From assembly GCA_002307015.1 (NCBI GenBank), contig DBTK01000106.1, positions 1,647 to 65,646 of the forward strand: 64,000 bases of DNA. The letters run 5' to 3'. This stretch comes from Spirochaetaceae bacterium UBA1318. GTDB lineage: Bacteria; Spirochaetota; Spirochaetia; Treponematales; UBA1318. Shown here one piece after another: positions 38,364-48,345 of this stretch. The translations under genes were made by a program, and so were the position numbers. Below the pieces are notes generated by a model, which was not told where the DNA came from, searched no databases, and saw nothing but the letters and a program-made list of their open reading frames with translations. Numbering within the stretch: the first letter of the stretch is position 1; each line of letters starts with the position of its first letter.

Positions 38364-39296
38364 ATGAAACAGTACAGCATCGTTGGTAGCATCAATATTG
38401 ACATGGTAACGCGGGTGGCCAATTTCCCGTCTCCCGGTGAAACGGTCGACGGCATCGCCTTCAACACCTTTTTCGGAGGCAAGGGGGCGAACCAGGCGGT
38501 CGCCCTCGCCAGGCTCGGCGCCAGGGTCGTCATGATCGGGAAGGTCGGCGGCGACGCATTCGGACTCCACTACCGCGAACGGTTCGCCGCCATGGGCGTC
38601 GAGGAATCCGAGGTCGGAACGGCGACGGAAACCTCGACGGGGACGGCCAGCATCGAGGTCAACGGCGAAGGCGAGAACCACATCATCGTCGTCGCCGGCG
38701 CGAACGGCGCCGTCGTCCCGGCGTATGTGGAAGAAAAAAGAAGCGTCATCGAGGCTTCGGATTTTCTCCTCCTCCAGTTGGAGATCCCCCTCGAATCGGT
38801 GATCAAGGCGGCGGAAATCGCGAGGGCCAGGGGAGCGACCGTGATTCTGGATCCCGCCCCCGCGAGGCTCCTCCCCTCCCGGCTCCTCTCGAACGTCTCG
38901 ATCATCACCCCGAACGAAACCGAGGCGAGGATCCTCACGGGAATCGATACGGCGACCGACGAGGGAATCCGGAAAGCGGGTTCCCTCCTTCTCGGCTCGG
39001 GCGTCGGCACCGTGATCATCAAGGCGGGAAGCCGCGGGGCCTTCCTCGTGCGCGAAGGGATTTTCAGGCGGATTGGGGGATACCGGGTCGACGCGGTCGA
39101 TACGACGGCTGCAGGGGATTCGTTCAACGCGGGTCTCGCCCGGGCCCTCGGAGAGGGCAAGGACTTCGAGGAAGCCATCGCCTTCGCGAACGCCGTCGCC
39201 GCGCTTTCGACGACGAAGCCGGGCGCCCAGGAGGCCATGCCATCGTCCCGGGAGGTCTCGGCCTTCATAGCCCGGTCGAGCCGGGTGTCTGGTTGA
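38364..39296 (+). CDS. rbsK: Ribokinase
   Basis: VGSINID, GGKGANQA, LQLEIP, PNETE, DTTAAGDSF. Confidence 0.92.
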   Translation: MKQYSIVGSINIDMVTRVANFPSPGETVDGIAFNTFFGGKGANQAVALARLGARVVMIGKVGGDAFGLHYRERFAAMGVEESEVGTATETSTGTASIEVNGEGENHIIVVAGANGAVVPAYVEEKRSVIEASDFLLLQLEIPLESVIKAAEIARARGATVILDPAPARLLPSRLLSNVSIITPNETEARILTGIDTATDEGIRKAGSLLLGSGVGTVIIKAGSRGAFLVREGIFRRIGGYRVDAVDTTAAGDSFNAGLARALGEGKDFEEAIAFANAVAALSTTKPGAQEAMPSSREVSAFIARSSRVSG

Positions 39297-39358
39297 GCGC
39301 GCGGGACGATCGGTGAGCGCTCGGGCACGTCGCTTGATCATGAGGGCCATCGCGGCCG

Positions 39359-40906
39359 CTACAGGACTTCCCGAGCCTCGACGCTGAGCTTCGCCAATTC
39401 CCGTGAATTGGCTGTGAGCTTTCCGTCCACGAATACGGAAAGCCCCGCCCCCTTTCCGTAGCGGCTTCCATCCCCGTCGTAGAGAATGGTGATCGACCTT
39501 CCTCGGAATACAAGGTTGTCCAGGCAGAAATAGCCCCATTTCCCCTTCGGAACCAGGGGATTGATGTCGAAGGAGCCGTCGTCCCTCGTCCGGAATCCGG
39601 CGAGTCCGGTAATGACGAGGTCGATGAAAGCCGAGTGGTTGTAGTCCTTTCCGCGCTCGCGGCCGCCCTTCGTCTCGGGCCAGCCCCAGTTCTCGAGTAT
39701 CCTGCGCGAAAGCCATTCCCCCGAGAAGGGATCCAGATTTTCATCCAGCCATGAAACGACCATGCCGTCGTCCCTTCTGCGGTAATGACTTTTCGCGAAG
39801 ACGGTCAGGGCGTCGAGGTAGTCCCCCTTCGAAACGACCCTCTGCTCATAGTTATTCAGAAGGTTCGCCATGGCGGTCAGGGTTTGGGAGGTGGCGAAGG
39901 GCCACGAAGGTCCGTTCCACAGGCATTCGTGGTCATCGTGCCTGAACATGAACCGGGGATGGCGCCGCTCCGCCGTCGTCGGTCCGAATGGCGCCATGAA
40001 CCCGCCCGGATCCTTGATCTGGGCCCAGGCTTCTTCATGGCCGGGATCCGGCAGATTGAAGTACCAGGGAATGAATCCGATCTGCTCCCTGACGTTCCGG
40101 GAACCGTCCATCGAGAGGAAGTCGACCCCGCCGCTATCCGAGCGAACGGAGTCGAGGGGAATAACCTTGAAGAACCCGTCCTTTCCGTCCCACAGCCTTT
40201 CCTGGATTCTCTTCTTGAGTGAGGCCGCCTTCCCCGAGAATTCAGATTCGACTCCTTCGTTTCCCGCGAGCCTCGCGATTCGGGAGATGGCGAGGGCGTC
40301 GGCCCAGAGGTAGGAATTGAGGGTCGGCCTCAACCCGGGGCCGCTGATGGAGAATTCCATCGCATCCCGGTCGTCGTTCGACCAGAACAGCCCTTCCGCG
40401 CCGAGGTTCGACCGTTCCCACTCCCCGTAGTTTGCGACCAGGGAGGGAAGCAATTCCGTCGCGAGCGAAAAGTCCCCGGTCACCGTGCAGTAGCGCCAGA
40501 TGGCCTCGGCGATCCAGCAGCTGTAGGACCGGGGATCGCCGCCCCCGCCGAACCAGAACCTGATGTAATCCTCCAGGATCTTCCGGCCTTTGGCGAGCCA
40601 TCTCCCCTCGGCGAGATGATGGCCCACCGCACAGTTGATGGCGTTGTATTTTCCCGCCCAGGGAACGTCGGGATGGAATTCGCTGACGACGAATCCCCCC
40701 GGCGTCGACTTGACATGCTTCCGGTAGACCCACCACCTGAAATAGTAGGTTTCCTCGAGCACGGGGTCGGGACACTCGAAAAGCGGTATCTGTCCCATGA
40801 GCCAATCGACGGATTCCGCGTTGGAAACGTATTGGACGACGGTCTCTTCGTCCCTCTCGTTGAAGCGCTCGAGGTAGGCGCCGAAGCTCTCCTTTTCCAG
40901 TATCAT
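39359..40906 (-). CDS. Glycoside hydrolase, (alpha/alpha)6-barrel GH63/MGH1-like
   Basis: ETYYFRWW, DDRDAME, LRPTLNSY, CLWNGPSWPF, DYNHS. Confidence 0.75.
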   Translation of the reverse strand: MILEKESFGAYLERFNERDEETVVQYVSNAESVDWLMGQIPLFECPDPVLEETYYFRWWVYRKHVKSTPGGFVVSEFHPDVPWAGKYNAINCAVGHHLAEGRWLAKGRKILEDYIRFWFGGGGDPRSYSCWIAEAIWRYCTVTGDFSLATELLPSLVANYGEWERSNLGAEGLFWSNDDRDAMEFSISGPGLRPTLNSYLWADALAISRIARLAGNEGVESEFSGKAASLKKRIQERLWDGKDGFFKVIPLDSVRSDSGGVDFLSMDGSRNVREQIGFIPWYFNLPDPGHEEAWAQIKDPGGFMAPFGPTTAERRHPRFMFRHDDHECLWNGPSWPFATSQTLTAMANLLNNYEQRVVSKGDYLDALTVFAKSHYRRRDDGMVVSWLDENLDPFSGEWLSRRILENWGWPETKGGRERGKDYNHSAFIDLVITGLAGFRTRDDGSFDINPLVPKGKWGYFCLDNLVFRGRSITILYDGDGSRYGKGAGLSVFVDGKLTANSRELAKLSVEAREVL

Positions 40907-40916
40907 CGAGTTCAGC

Positions 40917-41837
40917 CTAGTCGTCGAAGCCGAGATCGGCTCGTTCGCGGGTCGCGACGCCGATCTGCTCGAGAGCGCCCTTCCTGCCGTTGTACCAGAG
41001 CATCCATCGCTTCCCGTCGTGGAGCACAAAGGGCTTGTAGCAGGCCTCGCCGTCCCAGGCCCCGGAATCCGGGGCGATGATGGGATTGTCCCGGTATCGC
41101 TGCCAATCGGTGATCCCGTCGCGCGACCGTGCCATGCCGATCTGGGCGTAATGCTCGTTGAAATAGCCGATGTAGAACATCACGTACCAGCCTTGATGGA
41201 AAAAGACCTGGCAGCCGGCAGCCTTGTGCCGCTCCCACTCGTTCGCCGGATCGGCCATGAAGATCGGGTTGGATTCGTACTTGATCCAGTTGTCACCGTC
41301 TTCGCTCGAGGCGTAGCCGATGGCGTTCGGCTCGTACTGCTCACCGCCCGAATACCACATCATGAAAATCCCTTTCGCCCCGTCCCACTCGACGTGGGGA
41401 CACATCACGGCCGATTTTTCCCAGGGCCTCTCCGCGCGTAGTACCGGCTTCGGGCAGCGCAGCCAGTTCACCCCGTCGTGGCTCGTCGCGTGGAAAATCC
41501 AGGATCTTCCGTCGACGGCGCCAGCCTTGTATTGCCCGGTGTACCAGAGGTGATAGAGGCCGCCGACCTTCACGATCGAGGGCCTGTTGAGATCGTCCTC
41601 CCATCCCTCGGGGGAGTCCTTCGGACCGAGGACGACTCGGGGCTCGCTCCAGATGAAGCCGTCGTCGCTTTCGGAAAGCGCGATGGACTTCCGCGGACGC
41701 CAGGAAAAGAACATCCGGTATTTATCCCCGTCTCGCAGCATGCTGAGATCGAAACAGGTTCCGTACTTTCCGCCAAGCACGGGATTTCCCTGAGACTTGA
41801 GCCAACCGTTTCTCGCTCCTTGCATCATGTTGTACAC
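40917..41837 (-). CDS. Five-bladed beta-propeller glycosidase (GH130/GH43/GH32 clan-like)
   Basis: Repeated NP(V/I)...W...MWY.G...IG.A.S.DG..W blades. Confidence 0.75.
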   Translation of the reverse strand: MYNMMQGARNGWLKSQGNPVLGGKYGTCFDLSMLRDGDKYRMFFSWRPRKSIALSESDDGFIWSEPRVVLGPKDSPEGWEDDLNRPSIVKVGGLYHLWYTGQYKAGAVDGRSWIFHATSHDGVNWLRCPKPVLRAERPWEKSAVMCPHVEWDGAKGIFMMWYSGGEQYEPNAIGYASSEDGDNWIKYESNPIFMADPANEWERHKAAGCQVFFHQGWYVMFYIGYFNEHYAQIGMARSRDGITDWQRYRDNPIIAPDSGAWDGEACYKPFVLHDGKRWMLWYNGRKGALEQIGVATRERADLGFDD

Positions 41838-41955
41838 CTCCAGGTATGGCGCCGACTACTCGCATGCAGATCATGGTTCATGATCTTGTCTCTGCGGATC
41901 GGATCGTTTCTTTGTTCGGATTATCGTACGCGGCCCGGAATTCCCGGGACGCTGC

Positions 41956-42810
41956 TCACCCTTTCACCGCGATGGACATGGAAACCCCGTCCAGGACGTG
42001 TTTCCGGAATATCAGGAAAATGACGACGATCGGTATCGTGACGACGGTGCAGCCGGCCATCAGGTAGGAGTAGGGCACGGCGAAGCTGGTCGAATCATTG
42101 ATCGCCGTTATGGTCGGCAGGATGGTCATGATCGGCTTGAACTCCGACTTGTCCACCATGATGGCCGGGAAAAGGTAGTCGTTGAATTTCGAAAGGAAAT
42201 TCAGGATCAGCACCACGGTGAGGACGGGGGTGCAGACCGGGGCGACGATCTGGGAGAACACCCTCAGATGTGAGGCGCCCTCGAGCCGTCCCGATTCGAT
42301 CAGGGAATCGGGGACGCCGTTCATGAACTGCCTGATCATGAAGAGCGAAAACACGTTGGCGATTCCCGGAAGGATCTGCACCTGGTAGGTGTTCAGCCAT
42401 CCGATCCTCGCGAACATGATGTAGAGCGGAGGGATGGTGAGCTCATAGGGGAATATCATGGTCCCGATCAATATCCCGAACAGGACCTCCCTGCCGACGA
42501 ATCGGCATTTGGAAAACGCGTAGGCGGCGAGAGCCGACACGAACAGGGTGAGGGCCGTGTAGGTCACCGAGATGAAAAAGCTGTTGACCAATCCCCTCAC
42601 GAAAATCCCGTTGACGTACTCGACGAGGAGGTAGCGGTAGTTCTCCAGCGTCGGCCTCACGGCGAACCCCGCGGCGTTCGCGGAGATCTCCTCGGTGCTC
42701 TTGAAGGAATCGATGGCCATGAGCACGAGGGGATAGAACGATATGGCGATGACGATCACGAGGGCGAATTGCACGGCCGGACCAGAAAGGCTTCTCTTGC
42801 GTTCAATCAT
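41956..42810 (-). CDS. Carbohydrate ABC transporter permease
   Basis: EAA-like loop SLIESGRLEGAS; multiple TMs; ends VKG. Confidence 0.9.
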   Translation of the reverse strand: MIERKRSLSGPAVQFALVIVIAISFYPLVLMAIDSFKSTEEISANAAGFAVRPTLENYRYLLVEYVNGIFVRGLVNSFFISVTYTALTLFVSALAAYAFSKCRFVGREVLFGILIGTMIFPYELTIPPLYIMFARIGWLNTYQVQILPGIANVFSLFMIRQFMNGVPDSLIESGRLEGASHLRVFSQIVAPVCTPVLTVVLILNFLSKFNDYLFPAIMVDKSEFKPIMTILPTITAINDSTSFAVPYSYLMAGCTVVTIPIVVIFLIFRKHVLDGVSMSIAVKG

Positions 42811-42811
42811 T

Positions 42812-43696
42812 TCAGTCCTCCCCCACCTGCAGGACACGGAATTGCAGGATCGACACCCCCAGGATGATGAGAAAAAGGATCCATCCGATCGCGGAGGCGG
42901 TTCCGTACACGCCGTTGTTCAGGTTGTCATAGAGGAGCGTAATGATCGTATCTCCGGCCTGCGGTATCGTCTTCGCGTTCGAGCTCGTGCCAAGCAAGAG
43001 CTGGGGCTCCACGAAAAGCTTCAGGGTCGAGATCATGTCCATGACGATCGCGAAAAGGAAAACCGGCTTCATGATGGGGATCGTGATATGGAGGACGACC
43101 TGGTAGGGCTTGGCCCCGTCGATGGACGCCGCCTCCTTGAGCTCCTCGCTCACCGTCGTCAGGCCCGCGAGGAAGACGATGAAAAACCATCCGAACCCGT
43201 GCCAGACCATCAGGGAAATGACCGACATCTTCATGTAGATCGCATCCTCGAGAAAGGGGATGTGGGCGCCGATCAGGGAATTAATCACGCCGCTCCTCGT
43301 GCCCAGAAGAATCCGGAAGACCAGCGCGCTCGCCACGAGCGAAACGATGTTGGGAAGGAAAACCAGGGTCTGATAGAGTCCCCTGAATTTCGTCTTCTGG
43401 GAACCGAGGGCGAGGGCAAGGAGAAACGGGATGACGAATACGGGGATGAAATGGCCGACGTAGAAAACGAGGGTATTCACCAGGGATTCCCAGAAGTGCC
43501 AATACCCGAAAATCCGGAAGTAATTCCGAAAACCGACAAAGGTCGCCGTGCTATACCCGTTGTATTTATAAAAGCTGAGAACGAACGAGTATGCCGAGGG
43601 AATCATGAAAAACAGGATGAACGAGACGACGAATGGCAGTACAAAAAGATACGGTTCGATCCCGTCTTTCGATCGCTTGGTCTTGTTCTTGGTCAT
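42812..43696 (-). CDS. Carbohydrate ABC transporter permease
   Basis: FVGFRNY, ELKEAASIDGA, YGTASAIG. Confidence 0.9.
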   Translation of the reverse strand: MTKNKTKRSKDGIEPYLFVLPFVVSFILFFMIPSAYSFVLSFYKYNGYSTATFVGFRNYFRIFGYWHFWESLVNTLVFYVGHFIPVFVIPFLLALALGSQKTKFRGLYQTLVFLPNIVSLVASALVFRILLGTRSGVINSLIGAHIPFLEDAIYMKMSVISLMVWHGFGWFFIVFLAGLTTVSEELKEAASIDGAKPYQVVLHITIPIMKPVFLFAIVMDMISTLKLFVEPQLLLGTSSNAKTIPQAGDTIITLLYDNLNNGVYGTASAIGWILFLIILGVSILQFRVLQVGED

Positions 43697-43706
43697 TTCT
43701 ATTCCT

Positions 43707-43740
43707 AAAAAGGGGCGATGCCCTATCGGGGATCGCCCCG
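43707..43740 (-). terminator. Intercistronic stem-loop after the SBP gene (terminator or mRNA stabiliser)
   Basis: GGGGCGAT...ATCGCCCC followed by TTTTT on the minus strand. Confidence 0.6.
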
Positions 43741-43745
43741 GCGGC

Positions 43746-45029
43746 TTATTGAGAAAGTGCATTCTCCAGGGTCTGAACCATATCCTTCTGGGCGCCCTTC
43801 AGGGCGTCATCCGCGGACATGGTACCGGCGAGGCACTTGTCCACGTACGGAAGCAGGATCTTGAGTTCCTGGTTGTACTTCGGCGAGAAGGTGAACAGCT
43901 TGAACTGCTTCAGGGCCGCCATTTCGGTGTCGAAGGCGCCCGGAGCGAAATAGGGAATGGCCCGGGCCTCCGGCGCGGCGGCGGCGTCCTTCAGGATCGG
44001 GGACCAGGCGGCGAAGGTCTTCGTCTGGCGGATCGCGTCGTAGGCCTTCTTGGTCATCCACATCTTGGTGAGTATGTCGGCCGCAGCCGCCTTGTTCCGC
44101 GACTTGTCGAGGACGGCGAAGAGGGAACCGCCGGACTCGCTGCCTCCCTGGGCTCCGGCGATGGAGGGCCAGAGGGCCATCGCCCATTTGCCGGAAAGGT
44201 CCTTGCCGGCATAGTCGGGGATGAAATCGGCGAGCCACTTCGCGCAGAGGGTCGACGCGAGGGTGCCGTCGGAAAAGGCCTTGTTCCAGTCCGGCGTCCA
44301 GTCGTTCATGTCGACCACGACGCCGGAATCCTTGATCTTCTTCAGGTCGAGCAACATCGCCCTGACGCCGGGATCGGTATCGATGACATAGTTACCCTTG
44401 GCGTCGAAGAACCGGGCTCCGTTGCCGCTCGCGATTTCGGCGATGATGTAGCCCTGGGTCTGGGAGCCGAGATTCCAGATGTAGCTCTTCGGGAATTTCG
44501 CGTGCAGCTTCCTTCCGGCCGCGATGAAATCCTCGGTGTTCCTGATCTTGGCGGGATCGATGCCAGCCTGGTCGAAAAGGTCCTTCCGGTAGAACCAGAT
44601 GAGGGTTTTCGTCTGGATCGGCACGCCGATCAGCTTGCCGTTGAATTGGGCGAGCTTCATCACCTCCGGCATCGTGTTCGACTGGTAAGGCTGGGCCGCC
44701 TTCGAAAGATCGGCGAAAACACCCTGGGAGGCGAATTCCGCCGTGTCGGAATAGTTGATCTCCATCATGTCGGGGACCTCAGAACCGCCGGCCGCCAGTT
44801 GGAGTCTCAGCTTCGCCAGAGTGTCGCTTTCCATGACATAGTTCATCTCGTATTTCGCCGACAGCTCGGGATAGGCCTTGAACGTCGCGTCGAACAATTC
44901 GTGGTAGCGTCCCTCGGCACCCCAGCCCATGAAGGTCAGCTTCGTCTTCGCGGTCTGCGCGATGGACAGCTGAAAGGACAAAAGGAAAACGGCGAGGACC
45001 AGCGCGGTGGTCTTGATCATCTTCTTCAT
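43746..45029 (-). CDS. Sugar ABC transporter substrate-binding protein
   Basis: Signal peptide, LTFMGWG, PDMM, FYRKDLFDQAG; AAGGAGG RBS. Confidence 0.9.
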   Translation of the reverse strand: MKKMIKTTALVLAVFLLSFQLSIAQTAKTKLTFMGWGAEGRYHELFDATFKAYPELSAKYEMNYVMESDTLAKLRLQLAAGGSEVPDMMEINYSDTAEFASQGVFADLSKAAQPYQSNTMPEVMKLAQFNGKLIGVPIQTKTLIWFYRKDLFDQAGIDPAKIRNTEDFIAAGRKLHAKFPKSYIWNLGSQTQGYIIAEIASGNGARFFDAKGNYVIDTDPGVRAMLLDLKKIKDSGVVVDMNDWTPDWNKAFSDGTLASTLCAKWLADFIPDYAGKDLSGKWAMALWPSIAGAQGGSESGGSLFAVLDKSRNKAAAADILTKMWMTKKAYDAIRQTKTFAAWSPILKDAAAAPEARAIPYFAPGAFDTEMAALKQFKLFTFSPKYNQELKILLPYVDKCLAGTMSADDALKGAQKDMVQTLENALSQ

Positions 45030-45146
45030 AATCGAACCCTCCTTGTTTTCCCGACAGGGTCGCTCCGACCGAGCCAGGCTGATGGCCATCATAGTGCCCG
45101 TTGGGTAGGCCGTAAATAGAGGATTCGCGCGGAAATATGGATAAAA

Positions 45147-45950
45147 TCATTTATCCGTTTTTTGAGTGCTGGCGTGTTCTTTTCTGTATTCCCTTGGACT
45201 GAGGCCAGTTAACTGATGGAAGACGCGGCTGAAATATAGAGGATCGTCGAAACCGACGCGGGTCGCCACGTCGTTGATCGGTATCGTCTCGAGGCAGATC
45301 ATCTTCTTCGCGGCTTCGATCCTCACCTGCCTGATGTACTTGATGGGACTGGTTCCGAGTTCCAGGTTGAATATCCGCTCGATATACGATGAGCTCGCGT
45401 ACGCGATTCGCGCGAGGGCCTCGAGATCGATATGCTCCGAGTAGTTGTCGTGAATGAACAGGATGCAGCGGTTCACGATCTCGTTCGGCCTGCCCTGGTT
45501 GTTCTTCATGTACCTTCCGGAAAGATAGAGGATGTTCCTGCATAGATTGTTCGCGATCTCCCTGAAATGGAGGCTCCGGTTCTGGTACTCGTTCAGGATC
45601 TCCTCGAACATGCCGCGCAGGTTGTTGTTGTAATCGGTCACCTGGAAGGATGAGGAGAGTTCGACGGTCGAGTCGATATGCATCTGGAGGCAGATGACGT
45701 TCAGGTCATGTCCGAAATCCGGGACTTCCTTGTGCTTGAGTCCTGGGGGATAGAGCACCATGTTGAAGGGCTTGATTTGCTTGAGATCAGCCCCGAAGCA
45801 GATGTCGGCCTGACCGTCCTGGAAATAGAGCATCTCGAAGTATCCATGCTTATGGCTGGTCGAGTTCCAGTTGGTCCGATTGTTCCTCATGGACCAGGCG
45901 CCGATAAAATCGATCGGGAAGCGGAACAGGGAATTCAGGAACATCTCCAT
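45147..45950 (-). CDS. AraC family regulator (cupin + double HTH)
   Basis: HKHGYFEMLY cupin; VGFDDPLYFSRVF...GLSPREYR; start codon uncertain. Confidence 0.88.
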   Translation of the reverse strand: MEMFLNSLFRFPIDFIGAWSMRNNRTNWNSTSHKHGYFEMLYFQDGQADICFGADLKQIKPFNMVLYPPGLKHKEVPDFGHDLNVICLQMHIDSTVELSSSFQVTDYNNNLRGMFEEILNEYQNRSLHFREIANNLCRNILYLSGRYMKNNQGRPNEIVNRCILFIHDNYSEHIDLEALARIAYASSSYIERIFNLELGTSPIKYIRQVRIEAAKKMICLETIPINDVATRVGFDDPLYFSRVFHQLTGLSPREYRKEHASTQKTDK

Positions 45951-46117
45951 CGCGTCTTCGTTTAGGCTGCTATCCACACTGCCACCCCCATGATGTCCGG
46001 GAACCGGAATCCGCCCCGACCAGCAAATCACGATACTATCCGAGATGGTACCATGTTCTGCCGATTTCGCAACCATCATGATCGATGACAGGAACCTCGC
46101 GTAAATTTATGGATCGC

Positions 46118-46146
46118 TTGACTTGCGCATGGGGAGAGCATACCCT
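46118..46146 (+). promoter_or_regulatory. Possible sigma70 promoter for the second ABC operon
   Basis: TTGACT-N17-TACCCT, then AGGAGG RBS before GTG 46194. Confidence 0.45.
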
Positions 46147-46193
46147 TCAACGAGCGAAATCGGAATCTTCGCGACCGCTAACAGGAGGGAAAC

Positions 46194-47435
46194 GTGAAAC
46201 GAGCACTCATTGTTCTTGCCATCGCGGCGACGTTCGCCGTCACGACATTCGCCGAGGACGTTCATATCGTCTATTGGCAGTATTTCTACCAGTCGAAGGT
46301 GGATACGATCGACCTGCTCATCAAGCAGTTCGAGGCGAAAAACCCGGGAATCACCGTGGAGCAGGTTACCTTTCCCTACGAGAGCTACAACCAGAAGCTC
46401 GCGGCCGCGATTCCGGCCGGAGAGGGCCCCGAGCTCGTCAACCTCTACTACGGCTGGCTTCCGCTTTACGTGAAAGCGGGCTACCTCGCCGAGCTTCCGA
46501 AGGATTCCTTCGGAAGCGAGTACTTCAAGAAAACCTACTATAATTTCGTGGAGCAAAGCGCCCAATTCGACGGCAAGTACTACGCCGCTCCGACCGCGGT
46601 GCGTACCCTCGCGCTGATATGGAACAAGAACCTCTTCAAACAGGCCGGCCTCGACCCCAACACGCCGCCCAAGACCCTCGAGGAGCTTCAGTCCTACGCG
46701 AAGAAACTCTCTAAATACGACAACCAGGGCAACCTCGTGCAGGCGGGCCTGGCCATGCAGCCGAACGGACAGGGACACTGCTGGATACGCGAGGTCCTTT
46801 TCCGCCAGTTCGGCGCGACCCCCTACTCGGCCAACAACATGAAGGTGACCTACGCGAGCCCCGAGGGTGTTTCCGCGTTCAAGTGGTACACGGACCTCAT
46901 CGTGAAAGACAAGGTCGGCTATCCGAACTTCGGCACCGACGACGTGACGGCCTTCGTCGCCCAGAAGGTGGCCATGAACATCGACGGCTCGTTCAGGATC
47001 GGAACCCTCAACGCGGTGAAGGGCCTCGATTGGGGCGCCGCCGAGCTTCCGACCTACAAGGGAGTCAAGGGGAACTTCGCCTCGTACTGGACCCACGGGA
47101 TCGTCGCGGGAACCTCGGGCAAGAAGCTCGATGCCTCGGTGAAATTCCTCAAGTTCATCACCTCGCCCGAGGCCCAGGAGCTTTGGCTCAAGAACGTCGG
47201 GGAACTCCCGGCCACCCCCGCCCTTTCCGCGGCACACAAGGACGATCCCTACGTCAGCGTGTTCCTGAAGGGACTCGCGAGCGCCCATGCGACGGCCTAC
47301 GTCGACGAGGCGGGACAGCGGAAGATCCTCGTCGATGCCGTCGACCAGGTGAGCCTCTCGAAAAAGGATCCAGGCGATGTCCTCAAGGACGCCGCCTCGA
47401 AGGAGCAGAAGCTCATCGACGATTTCTGGAAATAA
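46194..47435 (+). CDS. Sugar-type ABC transporter substrate-binding protein
   Basis: Signal peptide, FEAKNPGITV, WNKNLFKQAGLDP, PKTLEEL. Confidence 0.9.
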   Translation: MKRALIVLAIAATFAVTTFAEDVHIVYWQYFYQSKVDTIDLLIKQFEAKNPGITVEQVTFPYESYNQKLAAAIPAGEGPELVNLYYGWLPLYVKAGYLAELPKDSFGSEYFKKTYYNFVEQSAQFDGKYYAAPTAVRTLALIWNKNLFKQAGLDPNTPPKTLEELQSYAKKLSKYDNQGNLVQAGLAMQPNGQGHCWIREVLFRQFGATPYSANNMKVTYASPEGVSAFKWYTDLIVKDKVGYPNFGTDDVTAFVAQKVAMNIDGSFRIGTLNAVKGLDWGAAELPTYKGVKGNFASYWTHGIVAGTSGKKLDASVKFLKFITSPEAQELWLKNVGELPATPALSAAHKDDPYVSVFLKGLASAHATAYVDEAGQRKILVDAVDQVSLSKKDPGDVLKDAASKEQKLIDDFWK

Positions 47436-47457
47436 CGATTCGGGCGAGGAAGCAGAT

Positions 47458-48345
47458 ATGACCCTTTCGAAGAAGCGGGCGCTGACCGCATACGGCTTTC
47501 TCGCCCTGCCCCTCCTCTATTTCGTTGCCGTCCGGTTCGCGCCCATGCTCTATCTCACCGTGATGAGCGCGACGAACTGGGGGCTGTTCAACAAGAAAAT
47601 CAAATTCGTCGGGATCGACAATTTTGCGAAAATCTTCGCCGATCCCGTTTTCCTGAAATCCTTCGGGAACACCGCGATCTACACCCTCGTCGGAACGCCG
47701 GCCGTGATCGTCCTCGGTCTCGTATTCGCCCTGGAACTGGACAAGATCAGGAAATACCAGGCGGGATTCCGCCTGATCTACGCCCTCCCCTACATCACCC
47801 CCGTCGTCGCGGTAAGCTGGGTGTGGCGCTGGATGTTCCAGCAGCCGCCCTTCGGCGTCATCGACGCGCTCCTCGTCTCGCTGGGGATACCGGCCCAGGG
47901 TTTCCTGAACGATCCCCGCGAAGCCCTGTTCTGCGTCGTCGCGGTCAACGTGTGGGTCGAGCTCGGCTACTGCGTCATTATCTTTCTCGCCGGAATCCAG
48001 ACCGTGCCGCCCCAGCTCGTCGAGGCGGCGCGCATCGACGGCGCAAGCGAGCGGAAGATAACCCGGCGCATCATCCTGCCCCTCCTTCGGCCCATCACCC
48101 TTTTTCTCGTGGTGATGGAGGCGATCCAGTTCCTGAGGATATTCACCCAGGTCTACAACATGAGCTACCAGGCCCAGGGCGGCCCCCTCGACTCGACGAA
48201 ATCGGCGGCCCTCTTCATCTACGAAAAGGCGTTCACCAATTTCGACATGGGAACGGCTGCCGCGGCAAGCCTCGTCCTCTTCGCCGTCATCATGGTCGTG
48301 ACTCTCCTCCAGCTCAAATTCTTCGATAAGAAGATGGATTACTGA
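47458..48345 (+). CDS. Carbohydrate ABC transporter permease
   Basis: FVGIDNF, LVEAARIDGA, MGTAAAAS. Confidence 0.9.
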   Translation: MTLSKKRALTAYGFLALPLLYFVAVRFAPMLYLTVMSATNWGLFNKKIKFVGIDNFAKIFADPVFLKSFGNTAIYTLVGTPAVIVLGLVFALELDKIRKYQAGFRLIYALPYITPVVAVSWVWRWMFQQPPFGVIDALLVSLGIPAQGFLNDPREALFCVVAVNVWVELGYCVIIFLAGIQTVPPQLVEAARIDGASERKITRRIILPLLRPITLFLVVMEAIQFLRIFTQVYNMSYQAQGGPLDSTKSAALFIYEKAFTNFDMGTAAAASLVLFAVIMVVTLLQLKFFDKKMDY

